Assembly (NCBI GenBank): GCA_021613535.1 | Contig: CP075492.1 | Coordinates: forward strand, 11,594,001-11,658,000 | DNA length: 64,000 nucleotides | From: Adineta vaga | Taxonomy: Eukaryota > Animalia > Rotifera | Direction: 5' to 3' | Shown: piece after piece, positions 28,645 through 40,930 of the stretch | How positions within the stretch are numbered: the stretch's first letter is position 1 | Layout of the letters: each line of letters begins with the position of its first letter | Notes under the pieces: model-generated | Database searches by the model: none | Seen by the model: the letters and a program-made list of their open reading frames with translations, nothing else | What the model was told of the DNA's origin: nothing | Translations under genes and position numbers: made by a program

Positions 28645-29245
28645 ACGAATGTTATCTACCAATGAAATTTTATTTGAAGTTAACGAAAATAATTTGTATA
28701 AAAACTTTACAAATTAATTTATTCATTTGATTTTTTGAAGTTCATCGAAAAAAGCTATAGTAGAGGATCAATTGATGTTATCGATTGGTAGACATGTATG
28801 TCATGTATATGATATGATACTTATCTCTCAGTTGGTTTATATTCAAAAGTAGATAGAATTGAATTCCTGTCGATTGAATCAGAAACTTGTCTTTTGCTCA
28901 TAGAAATATAATAAACTAAAACAGATGTATTGAATATGTGCATTAATTGATAGAAAACATCTTATGATTCAAGCATTATTTATTAGATGAAAAGAAATTG
29001 TTATTCGCATTTCTATGGTCTTATTCAATCAATCGACATACTCTACCTTAAGATAAACATCCTGTCACAGTTCGAACGATATTTTCTTCTTAACCTGTGA
29101 AGAGAATGAGTTTTTTTCCTTCTTTCTTTGCAACTTTCTTTTTTTTGCATTCTCGCAAATCAAAATGAAAACATTTACTTAACTTGCTTGACAGATTTTC
29201 ACTTACGATTTTTTTGATAAAGAATAAAGTTTCATCTAATAATCA

Positions 29246-29851
29246 ATGACATTAATTACACAAGCAAATTTCATTGATAAACTAAATCATCAATATAATT
29301 CCAAAATTCAAGATAATCTAAAAACTCTTTCTTTCAATGTCTATTCGTCTCGACATTTATCATCAACATCGAAATCAACTAAATATCATCGATCTGATCT
29401 TCCTATACTGCCTTCCATTACGAAAGATGAATATCAATATCAAAGAAAAACCAAACGTCCAACGTATCGTACATCTGTATATCATTCACTTGTATCCAAT
29501 GTCACTCCAGTTGATTTACCAGTCATTAATTCTCATCGACCCAAACCAAAACTCTTCACAATTCTTCGAGATGAATCATTCACACATTTTCGACGTCGTC
29601 CAGATCCACCACCCACACCATCAGATGATTTTCTAGATCACGCATCGGCAGAAACCAATCGAACAAGACAAACATCACCACAATTATATACAACTGATGA
29701 TGATTATGATAATGATGATGGTTTTATCCCATATCGTTTACCTGCACTCCATCAATCAACAAAACAAATGCGAACCGAAAAATATCTCACACGTCAACAT
29801 CCCAAAACAGTTTTATCTGACTATTATCAAACTTTGTATTCAAAATACTAA
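29246..29851 (+). CDS. Uncharacterised 201-aa protein, likely disordered
   Basis: Intact single-exon ORF with coding-like composition, divergent from PDIA3; no domain recognised. Confidence 0.65.
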   Translation: MTLITQANFIDKLNHQYNSKIQDNLKTLSFNVYSSRHLSSTSKSTKYHRSDLPILPSITKDEYQYQRKTKRPTYRTSVYHSLVSNVTPVDLPVINSHRPKPKLFTILRDESFTHFRRRPDPPPTPSDDFLDHASAETNRTRQTSPQLYTTDDDYDNDDGFIPYRLPALHQSTKQMRTEKYLTRQHPKTVLSDYYQTLYSKY

Positions 29852-30659
29852 TTTGCCTTTTTTTAAATTCGTGTATTCACAATACGCACGTTAGCATAAC
29901 AATTCTTTTCATTGACGAGAAAGCATACGGTAGCAATAGATTTGATCATTTGTTTTAATTAGATGTCCTCGAGAAGAGTTTTTAAAGAGTATTTCAAATT
30001 GACCTTGGATCAATTTATTTGATATGAAAAGGTTATATGCGCTGATTACAGACAAACAACTTGTCGATGATAAACACTTCACTATTCGGGAAGAATGATT
30101 TAATAATAAAGAACGTTTAAATCATGACTGTAAAATTTTATATTTGTTCTTGAAACATGTGTGACTTCAAGTACGGCAGCTGAGGACATAGGACATGAAA
30201 TATTCGACGAAGAATCAAAACAAAAGCACATATCGTCAAAATTGAATATGTATTTTCGATCTTTCTAGACTAAAAGTTCGACTGAATTGAACAAATTTCG
30301 TCTATTTTTTCGTTAGATATTTCGATATGTCTGACGAGGACATTATGACCCCTTGTATAGTTCTGTTAACAAAGAAAGCGAGAGAGTGATATCATTCATT
30401 GTTCTTTGTAAATAACAATGAAAAGAAGATGATGATGTGATGATTACGTCGGCCAACATGTTCACAGCTCGGTATAAATAGTCGATGTCAACTTATTTCG
30501 TGTTATTCAAGAAAGGCATTCTTACGTAATAAAGTCTTTCGATTACTTTTATTTATCGACATTTTAAAATCCAATCAAATACTTTGAGAGGTAAGTTTGA
30601 AAATCAATCAAAATTTCATCGATAGAATCATATATTTTCTTTAGGAGAAATTAAACAAA

Positions 30660-33600
30660 ATGAAAATTAGCTTATTTGTCGCTTTGTTGGTGCTTGTAGC
30701 AGCAACAAATGTCTACGGTGAAGAAAGACCGCGAAATAGTGGACGAACATCGCGTCCAACTAGTGATAATGGCACAATTGTAGTTGATCGAACAAAATCT
30801 ACAAATCTTGATGATGGTACAATTGTAGTTGATCGAACAAAATCTACAAAACTTGATGATGGTACAGTTGTAGTTGATCGAACAAAAGCTACAAATCTTG
30901 ATGATGGCACAGTCGTAGTTGATCGAACAAAATCTACAAACCTTGATGATGGTACAATTGTAGTTGATCGAACAAAATCCAAAAATCGTGATGATGGTAC
31001 AATTGTAGTCGATCGAACAAAATCCAGAAATCGTGATGATGGTACATTTGTAGTTGATCGAACAAAATCCAGAAATCGTGATGATGATACAGTTGTAGTT
31101 GATCGAACAAAATCCAAAAATCGTGATGATGATACAGTTGAAGTCGATCGAACAAAATCCAAAAATCGTGATGATGGTACAATTGTAGTTGATCGAACAA
31201 AATCCAAAAATCGTGATGATGATACAGTTGAAGTCGATCGAACAAAATCTAAAAATCGTGATCGTGATGAAATCAACGGCGAAGATCGTGATGATAAGAA
31301 ATTTAATATGGACACTAAAGATACCTTCGATAATGAAACACCATCTAAATTTGACAATGGTAACCGACGTATTCCAAAAAAGAAAGGATCTTTGAAATCG
31401 GATGAACATGATAATTTTGAAAAACTTGAAGGAAAAGATCATCAAGCACCAAATGATATGGAAGAAGATGATGATAAAAAACATTTATCAGGCAAAGATC
31501 GTCTCGCTGATTTAGACGAAAAGAAAAAAGGCAACGAGCAAGATAATATCAAAGTCGATATCAACGTATGTATTAAAACGTTCCGATTTTAATATGAAAT
31601 AAGTATTTGTATGGAATTTTTATTTTAGCCTGTTCGTCTTTCTGCCAAAACTGTTCATGCCTATGGTAACATCGTTCTTACTAAATTTCGTCCATCACTT
31701 GTCGATCCAGTACAATATGATCTTGACGGTTCATTCGCCATTAATAATGCTAACCAACAAGAAACTCGACCAGTTTCACCTTATGCTCGTGATTTTCTTG
31801 CACGTGGAAGTCGTGTTACACTTTATGTTTCAACATCAAAAACAACTAATCCAAAAATGGCTTTCGCCAAATTTCCCATTACATACAAAAAGGATAACTT
31901 TCCACTTACTTTCGATGTTGAAATTGAATTACCTGATAAACAACGTGGTCTTCTTGAACGTGCCGATATTACATTATATTTCTTTGTTTATATCACTGAT
32001 TCAGAACGACTCATTGAGACATTTCTTCCAGCTGGTACAAGTCAACTTCTTTTACAAGGAACAGATCGTAATGTTCGTCCACTCGATGTTTTCATTCGTG
32101 CTAATGGTGTTGAAATCAATGGTTTATTCCGTGGTAAATTTAGTCAACGATTTATTCAACCTGGAACTGTTTTTCAAATTCTCGTTGTTGATGGAAAAAC
32201 TCTTCGACAAGAGTCAATTTCAACAACTGATGCCGTTGCTCAATTAACAATTAGTAACGTTCCAGCTATGTTTCCAGTTCCATTCTCATTCTTAGTACAT
32301 TATCAAACATTAAAACCAAATACAAAATATTATGCTGTCGCATACATTTTTGAAAATGGTGTTCGTCGTTTAATCAACCAAGGACCTATCTGGATTATTA
32401 ATGAACAAAAACTTGCTGTTACAACACAATTGATCTTTACTGTTATTCCATCACCATTCATTTTGAGAGGTACAATTACACGTTCAATGCCAGGCACATT
32501 TGTTGTTCAACCTGATTCTTCAATTGTTCTTACTCTTCATGCCATTAATACCAATGAACCTGATATTGTCTTCCGTGTTCCAAAGATTAATTCATTTCCA
32601 CAACTCTTTTCAATCAATGTCAGTCAATCAAGTCGATTTGATCCATCAAAAAATTATGAACTCTCCGCACAAATTACTGACAAAAACAACGATATTTATA
32701 TGATTAGTTTACAATCCATTCAACTTACTGATGATATCGATAAGATTATTCTTCCAGTCGATGATTATCTTCACTATGTAAATGTTCGTCTTCAATCATC
32801 AACAAGTCAACAATTAACATTTATTCCAGGTAGTAACCTTCGAGTTCTTCTTACTGAAACACCTGAAATACCATCAAAACCACGTGTTAGCATGACTATT
32901 GAACGTATTCCAAATGATTTCCGTGAATTTACAATGAAAATTCCAACAACAGGTATTCAACGTAATCGAAATTATTATATAGTTTTAATGATTGAAATCA
33001 ACGGTATTATTACTCATGTCTCGAAAACTTTACTTATTTCAAATAATCAACCACCTCCACTTGTTATTCAATTACCAGTACTTTCACTCAATTTAATTCG
33101 TGGTGTTATCAATGATGTTGATCAACGTCCAGCACAATGGACATCATCAGCTACTGCTAAACTTTATTTACTTGATGATACTGTTTCTGATCTTGAACAA
33201 GCTATCGTTCAATCATGGACAATTCATTTAGAAAATGATTTTCCCATTCGTTTCGAAGTTCAAGTTGACTTTAGTCGTCTTCATGCAGGTCGTATTTATC
33301 GTTTACAAAGTGCCATTGAAAGTGGACGCAATCTCTTCGAATATAAACCAGCTAGTAGTGCTATTGCTGTTGACGCACGTACTGGTGTTCGCAATGATGT
33401 TCGCGTTTTCGTACGTAATGTCAAAGTATTTCAATTGATCAAAGGTCTTGTTCATATTCAAGGTGTTAAAGGACCATTACCAGAAAAAAGTGAAATCATC
33501 ATTCAACTTACTTCATCACCATCATTAGTTAATCCAAAAGTTGTTGATGAACTTCGTATTAAAGTTGATAACCGTACTTTACCAATTGATTTTGCAATGG

Positions 33601-34575
33601 AATTACCAATAAACAAGATTGATATCAATGCTGTCTATTACTTCCTTGTTCGATACACCGTTCGTGATAGTGTTGTTATTCCAGTTAGTCAAGCATTTGC
33701 TTTTGCACCACGTAATCAAGCAACTATTGTTATTTCATTATCAAGAACACCACAAGTTTCCGTTACTGGTCAAGTTACATCAACTGGTAGTGCACTTGAA
33801 TTACCACGTGGAGCAACTTTACACTTATACATTACCGATAATCTCGATGAAGAAAAACGATCTATCATCTCGGAAGTCTTTCTTCAATCAACACCAAACA
33901 GTCTCTATGAATTCCGTATGCTTGTTGATTCAATTATGCTTCAAAAGAAAACTCCACTCTATCTTCGTGGTGATATTATTTATGAAGATGCAGTTATCTT
34001 ACGTATGCCACGACCAGCTTTACTTCAATTAACAGCCGGTAGTGAATGGAATATCAATTTAGTTATCGATTTACCAACACTTGTTATCGGAGAAATTGTC
34101 TCACTTACAAATAATTTGAAAGTTCATGGTGAATTTGATGTTTATATTCAAGTTTTCGTAGCTGCTTCAAAACAGGTTATTCATACAATACGTTTACGTC
34201 TTGATGCTAATTTACCACAACGATTCCGTATTGAACTTGATAATAAATTTTTACTACGTAATTCAGACTTGAAAATCCGTGCTCTTATTAAAAATTGCAA
34301 AGAAGAAACTTTATATGAAAGTAGCAATGACGTTAGCATTCATATTGGTCTCAATTTGAACACAAGATTAACTGTTGCTGTCAATGATATGAGTATGTAG
34401 AATATTTCGTTTATTTCTCTTAAGAAATCAATATTCTCGTTTAGAAAAACTTACCGAACTTCGTCCCAATGTTGATGAAAGTGCTTCATTATATGCTGGT
34501 AAATGGAAAACAGTCATTGCTGGTACCGAAAATCAAGCAAAATCTGGTGAACTTATCCTAGTCGGTCAAAAATAA
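30660..34575 (+). CDS. Large secreted protein: signal peptide, 15-aa repeat region, charged linker, about 8 tandem YbaY/YscW-like beta domains
   Basis: Three coding exons (introns ~31566-31628 and ~34393-34444), a 5'UTR intron at ~30591-30644, TATAAATA at ~30473. Repeated ~110-aa units such as VTGQVTSTGSALELPRGATLHLYI and FPIRFEVQVDFSRLHAGRIYRLQSAI. Confidence 0.85.
30765..31259 (+). repeat. Coding tandem repeat, 45-nt unit x 11 (DDGTIVVDRTKSKNR)
   Basis: Directly visible in the DNA and in the 310-aa ORF translation. Confidence 0.95.
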
Positions 34576-35361
34576 TTCTTTTTTTCATAGTTTTACCAAC
34601 TTTTTCCTCTCAATAATATTTAACAATGCCTTTCTTGCGATAATAAAATACTTTTAATTCTTTCTGCTTATGTACCATCCTTTAGCAATGTATTTTCTAA
34701 AATTTTAACATAAAATAAAACGATTTATTTATATTATATTTTAAATTGTAAGCATTCGTCGTTTTTTTTGCGCCCATCCATCCAATCTACAATAAACATC
34801 TGGTAGATATTATGAGCCTAGTACCGACTTACTTATAGTACATTCGATATCTAAATTAGAAATAAGATATCTATCTTGTTATAAAACAGAATTCGTTCTT
34901 CGAACTTTTTGTTAAATCAAAGTACATGAATTTGATTAGAGAAACTAGTTGATCAAATGATGTTTGTATTACATCTACAAAAATCTGACAATTGGTTGAC
35001 GTGACTAATAAGACAAAGTAGATAGATAAAATATGCTTTACATTGCATTATCTATTTCAAATCCAATAGAGTTAAAGAAAAATATGAGAACAAAAGGCTA
35101 CTAATACATAATCAATCACATTTTAATATCTTTTTTCTTTTAAATAAAAGGAAGAGTATATTCAATATTGATAATCCTTTTCTTTGATCTGTAATGTTGC
35201 ATTTCTTAATATTCTTTTCTATCGGATACCTAACCTACTTGTAGGATATAATTACTAGATAAAACTATCGACTCGTCACACGAATGACTATCCATATCAC
35301 GCAATGTATGTTGAATAAAACATTCGTTTGTACTTAAAAATGAGTCATCAGTTTTGTATCT

Positions 35362-35398
35362 GGATGGATGGATTGATTGATTGATTGATTGATTGATT
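35362..35398. repeat. Compound microsatellite (GGAT)n(GATT)n
   Basis: ggatggatggattgattgattgattgattgattgatt. Confidence 0.8.
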
Positions 35399-35588
35399 AT
35401 AGTCGAAGTCATTTAACAGCGATATAGATATACATGAAAGAAAAAAAAATAAGAATAGAGAAAGAAGAACAACAACAACAAAAAACTAATGATGAAAATC
35501 TTCGCATGAGAACTTTGTCTCTCATTTATATAAATAGATCAAAGATTTAGTAGTACTTATATTCGTGGTTCGAGGTACACGCATACAA

Positions 35589-36992
35589 ATGATGTTGACT
35601 GCTTACCGTGTTATAGCATTGATTCTTTTTTGTCTTGTGTATATTGTTGGTTTAATTGGAAATGGACTATTGATTTGTAAGTATTAAATTTATGAAAAAA
35701 AGATATCATTCGTTTATTTTTCTCGAATAATCTAGTTATTGTATTTCGTCAAAAAAATCTACGAACAGTACCAAATTTACTTGTTGTTAGTTTAGCATTA
35801 GGTGATTTTTTGTTCGTATTATTCTGTGTTCCATTTGGTGCTGTTGCTTATTCACTTGAATATTATCCATTTTCAACATTTTATTGTCGTTTTGAGAATT
35901 TTATTATCAATCTCTCTCTTGGCGTTTCAGTCTTTTCCTTATTAGCCCTCAGCGCTGATCGATATAAAATCATTGCTAGACCATTAGCAAGTCATGCGAA
36001 TGATCCATCAAATCAATTGAAAATTATCGTTCTTTTTATTTGGTTAATTGCAATCATTTTAGCCATACCTGAAACAATCTATAGTGGTAAGATTTCGTCT
36101 AAAACTTAATTCTTTGACAAACAAATGATCTCTCTCATTATAGGTATTATTACCGAACGAATATTTCAAGCAGATAATTCAACAATTGAATTAGTTTATT
36201 GTTGGAGTCCAAACACACATTCGTTACTTGTGAATCATACATTTATGATTATTCGTCAAATTTTACGTTTAATTATTTATTATCTTATGCCATTTATATG
36301 TATATCAGTATTTTATAGTTTAATTGCTAAAACATTATTCAATACAAGAAATGTTATCTATTCACCGAATAGATCAGCACGTAACATTCAAACGAATCTC
36401 AATGATGAAACTAATCGTATTCAATTAAATTCGAATTCAAAACTTTATTATCATTCTCAAGCAACTCGAACGATGAAACAAGATTTTCGTGCAAGAAAAC
36501 AATTACAAGCAAGACAAAAAGTAGCGAAAACTGTTCTATTTCTATGTTTAGTCTTTTTCATCTGTTGGTTACCAAAACAACTTCATGATCTATATTGGTA
36601 CAGTAATCCTATTCTCTTTTCTTAGAAAAAAAAAACAGAATCCTTTCAATTTTCTTAGGTTCATCGGTGTACTTGTATATTCATTCGATTGGAACTTGTT
36701 TTGGCAAATCAATAAAACAATTGCTTTAATATTAACTTATGTCTATTCATGTATTAATCCGTTTGCACTCTATTTTCTTTCATCAACATTCCGGTATTTT
36801 TATAAGCGTCATTTATTCTTTTGGACAAAAACCAATCGTTGTATTCATCGACAAGTTATCAAATCGAAAAAACGACCAATGACAAGTTCAACAAATTATC
36901 CACGTTGTTCATCAATGAATAATTCAAGTACAATCTATTATGAATTAAATCGTCTTAAAACATCCAAATATTATCGACAACAAAGTCCATAA
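35589..36992 (+). CDS. Neuropeptide GPCR, CCHamide/bombesin/endothelin receptor-like
   Basis: VGLIGN, LRTVPNLLVVSLALGD, GVSVFSLLALSADRY, RQKVAKTVL..FFICWLP, YSCINPFALYFLSSTFR; three short introns. Start uncertain. Confidence 0.85.
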
Positions 36993-39107
36993 TGAAAAAC
37001 ATTTGTTTATTCTTTAGTTTATCGAGGTTTTGTTTTGAGTATTATCTATAACATACGTTTATGAATTGATTTATTTATATAACATTAATAAATATTTAGC
37101 CTTTTATTTCTTACTCGTAGATAGAGAAAAAATAATTCCAGTCTTCTGTTGAATAGATACATATTTCAGTAATTAAGTGTCGTTGTAAATTTAGAATAAT
37201 GAAAAGCAAAATGAATAATTGTCGTTTTTTCTATTTTTCTCCTCATTAAATCATAAAATCGCAATTGATTATATTCGCCTCGTTGTTTTACTTCTATTCC
37301 GTATTTTCAAAAAAGCTATTATTTATTCCTGTTAATAGATTCACTATATACATTTATTTGTTACCGGAAATGATCTTTTATTAGAGCTAAAAATAATAAT
37401 TCGTTCGATCGACAAATACATGTTTTTCTGTCAATAGTATTTTTAAATACCTTTCTTTTGTCTACAGAAAAACAAGAAATTTTCACTGATTTATAAAAAG
37501 AATAAATTCCAAACGAATCACTTCTTTTTCCTAAGACATGCTTGATGGTAGATATTGATTATTTATTCATGCTCTTGACAAGATTACCTATCGGCATCTA
37601 TTTATTTCATGTTCATTGAGAGGGAAATTATCTTTTATAATATTCATACTGCGTAAATAAAATAAACATGTACCCAACTGAGTTTTCATATTTTTGAACA
37701 TTAAATCAATGTTAGTTCGTGACCGTTGATGATTAAATAATCAGAAGGTTTACTTTATCAGATATCAATTCTCCAAGTGAGTACAATGAAAGAAATTCAT
37801 CTATCCTTGCGGTTGACGATAGAATAGACGACATGAATTGTCCTTGGACATTGTTCATTACATTTAGTAATTTAATTACGTTTTAAAAATAATCCGTTAC
37901 TTATTGATACTGTCTTCTCTTTTGCAATAGGTAAAGCATGTCTATAAAATTGGAGCACTCGATGATTATCTGAAAGATGTCTATCGAATTAACGAGAAGA
38001 ATAGAATAACACCTGATTAAATAGAAAATAATCGAAGTCTTTGATCATTCGAGAAAAATTCTTCTCTATCTTTTTGTTTGCAAAACATCGAATATTATAA
38101 GCATACCAAAAGAATATTTAGCCTTTAGCCTTATCGGAAAATCATATATCCTTAATTAATCTACTCGAATGTCTTCATCGTTCTCAATCAATCATTCTAA
38201 CCTTCACTATGATATTTTATGTTATTGTTGTGAAATGTTATGTTATTTTTTTACATCTAATATTCATTCTTGATGTCAAAATAAAACATGTCTGTAGTTT
38301 TTGTTTAATACTAAAAGATTTACTTGAAGAACAAAACAGGAAATATTTTCTCAATAGATCTATTCAACTGTTGACTGATTCTTTCATATCGCTTGACTTC
38401 ATAGGAAAAATTTGTGCATGAATAACTGTCTTGTTTGTCTTCCACTCTTTAATCTAGTTGAAACTTTTTCATTCGAAATACTTTTAGATATTTTTAGATT
38501 CTATCATAAATTATTAGAGAAAAAAAGTGAAGTTCGCAATGGAATCGATATAAATGAGACACTCATTGATCTCCCGTTAATATATTGTTTTCCTAAACCA
38601 GTTAACGATCATTCCCTTCGGCATATTCGTTCTAATTAGATTCATTGATAATTTGAGATGATTAAATATGTTAAGAAAAGGCTTGAATGAAAATGTTCAC
38701 TTCTATTACGTAAAGTAAATTTAATCAAGAACAAGTCGTAATAGAACATATGCGTGTATATATGGATATAATGAGTTTTTTTCCTTGTCTACTAAGATTT
38801 ACGATAAAATATTCGTATTGATATGCTATAACGGTTGACTTCTGTTTATTTATAAGTCTAAATGACAAAACAGCAAGATTCTATGTATCATTTGTCATCA
38901 ATTTTTTTGCACAGTTACTTTCGATCACTTATCAGATGTAGATAACACCTACGCAGGACAACAGGAGGTACTGCCTGGTAAAAAATTCTCATTTATATAT
39001 ATATATATATATGATTTGTCTGTTGGAAAAAAAAAGAGTTTTCGACAAAGCTCACATTCGATTTCTATCGATCCTCTGGACAGAGCATATCTATGGGCTA
39101 TAATAGA

Positions 39108-39197
39108 TAGAAAGAAGAAGAAAAAGAAAAAGGAAGAAGAACGAGAAGAAGAAAAAAGAAGAAGAAGAAGAAGAAAAAATTCAATCAAGAAAAGTAG
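39108..39197 (+). repeat. Purine-rich (GAA)n-like low-complexity tract
   Basis: aagaagaagaaaaagaaaaaggaagaagaacgagaagaagaaaaaagaagaagaagaagaag. Confidence 0.7.
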
Positions 39198-39712
39198 AAA
39201 GACTACAGAACATTTTTCTACTATGGAAGTATCTTTGTTACAGTTGCGGTTCTGTATTCAATGTTTTGATTATATACATTCTTTTATCCTATCTATTTAT
39301 TACAAACAACAATAACAATATACCATCAATTTTCTCTCGCTTTTTATAGATACACTCTATTCATTCATAGGCAATAGAACGTCATTGAATTGACAGTAAA
39401 TTTCCTTGTCAGTAATTAATACAATTGAGTACTCACAAGAAGGTAATTAGAAGTCATAATATAGATTAATATAGATCATCAAAAAATATCTCTGAAATGT
39501 TAGGAACGTGTTTTTTTCCTCTTCATATTTGTTCTTTTCCTCCGCATGATTTTTTAATGATTACTAATTTCAAATCAGTCAAGCAAGGTTTAATGATTTT
39601 CGTCTTTATCTTTATTTATATACTAAATATTTATAGGAAAAAATAGAATTTCATGCTTTTCTCTTTCGCGTCTATTTATAGAAGAAGAAAAATATATATA
39701 TATCAATTGATC

Positions 39713-40930
39713 ATGTCGTATAATGATACAATATCAGCATCATGTTCGCTTACAGAAAGTGATTTACTTCGTGATACATTTACACATAAAGTTTATCTCG
39801 GTTTGACACCATTTATTATTTGTATTGGATTATTGGGCAATATTCTTACTGTTTGTGTATTTATATTAACTGATCTTAAAAAACAATCCGTTTCAATAAT
39901 AACAATTGCGTTAGCTATTGTTGATTCATTTGTTCTACTCATTCCTGTCTCAATATTATGGTTGGAAAAAATCTTAAGACAAGAATTTACTGATCTTTCA
40001 TCATTCTGGTGTCGTACACATGGTTCGTCAAGAGAAAAGATTTTTTTTTTCATTGAAAATCTTCTGTTTTTAGGTTTTTTTGATTTAGCTTTTACATGCT
40101 GTTCAAGTTGGTTAATGGTATGCATAGCATTTGAACGTTTTTGTGCTGTTTGGTTACCACATAATAATAAAACAATATTTACACATTCTCGAACACTTCG
40201 TCTTGTTCTAATTATTGTTATTCTTTCCACAAGTTTATCAATATGGTTTATATTTGCTGTTAAAATGAGTCAAGTTTCATATACAACAACTCTCGATGAA
40301 TTATTAATATTTTCAACAAATCAAACAATAAATTCTGATTCTAAATGTAAAGTTTATGATGATAGTCTTTATGATTCAATGGGAATGTCATCGGTTATAA
40401 TGAATTATATTTTACCATTTATTCTTGTTTTATTATTAAATTCTACAATTATTTATCGTTTATGTCAACGTGGAATGGTTGAATTAACTTCATCAATAAC
40501 TGTTATGTTAACACTTGTTTGTTTAGTACATTTATTTTGTACATTACCATTTCAATGTTGGTGGATCTATTATGAAATACCTGATCGAACAGGTAATTGT
40601 ACATGGTTAAAAACAAAATTAATCTGGCGAACAATTACATTTACAATACGAAATATGAATTATATGGCCAATTTTTTTCTCTATTCTTGTTCATCAAAAT
40701 TTTTTCGTGATGAACTAAAAGGTTTAATTTTCTTATGTTTATTACCACATGAAAAATATCAAAATTATCATTATCGTCGACAATCTTTATATGATAATCT
40801 TCAACAACGTGTATCATTAACTCAATTAGTTATGCGACGTTTAAGTCGAGCAACTGAATTTACGAATGGTGGCGTGATTAATAATCCATCGACTGCTAAT
40901 ATACACAATGGACCCATTGGAAATGTGTAA
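39713..40930 (+). CDS. Class A GPCR, FMRFamide/peptide-receptor-like
   Basis: IGLLGN, LAIVD, IAFERFCAVWLP, YILPF, FCTLP, NYMANFFLY; probable stop-free 51-nt intron at 40023-40073. Confidence 0.88.
   Translation: MSYNDTISASCSLTESDLLRDTFTHKVYLGLTPFIICIGLLGNILTVCVFILTDLKKQSVSIITIALAIVDSFVLLIPVSILWLEKILRQEFTDLSSFWCRTHGSSREKIFFFIENLLFLGFFDLAFTCCSSWLMVCIAFERFCAVWLPHNNKTIFTHSRTLRLVLIIVILSTSLSIWFIFAVKMSQVSYTTTLDELLIFSTNQTINSDSKCKVYDDSLYDSMGMSSVIMNYILPFILVLLLNSTIIYRLCQRGMVELTSSITVMLTLVCLVHLFCTLPFQCWWIYYEIPDRTGNCTWLKTKLIWRTITFTIRNMNYMANFFLYSCSSKFFRDELKGLIFLCLLPHEKYQNYHYRRQSLYDNLQQRVSLTQLVMRRLSRATEFTNGGVINNPSTANIHNGPIGNV

Noticed and set aside
30765-31259. CRISPR-like array
   Set aside because: Contiguous coding repeats with no unique spacers, no cas genes, eukaryotic context.
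30672-31484. Long antisense ORFs with periodic Cys/His (FCSINYNCTIII, LYHHHDFW)
   Set aside because: Shadows of the stop-poor 45-nt repeat; the plus frame has a signal peptide and splices into the downstream gene.
37000-38700. Short ORFs of 70-75 aa between the GPCR genes
   Set aside because: AT-rich, no motifs or splice support; expected by chance.
38949-39315. Lys/Arg/Glu-rich and Phe/Leu-rich ORFs
   Set aside because: Translations of a purine-rich low-complexity tract, probably promoter or 5'UTR of the GPCR.
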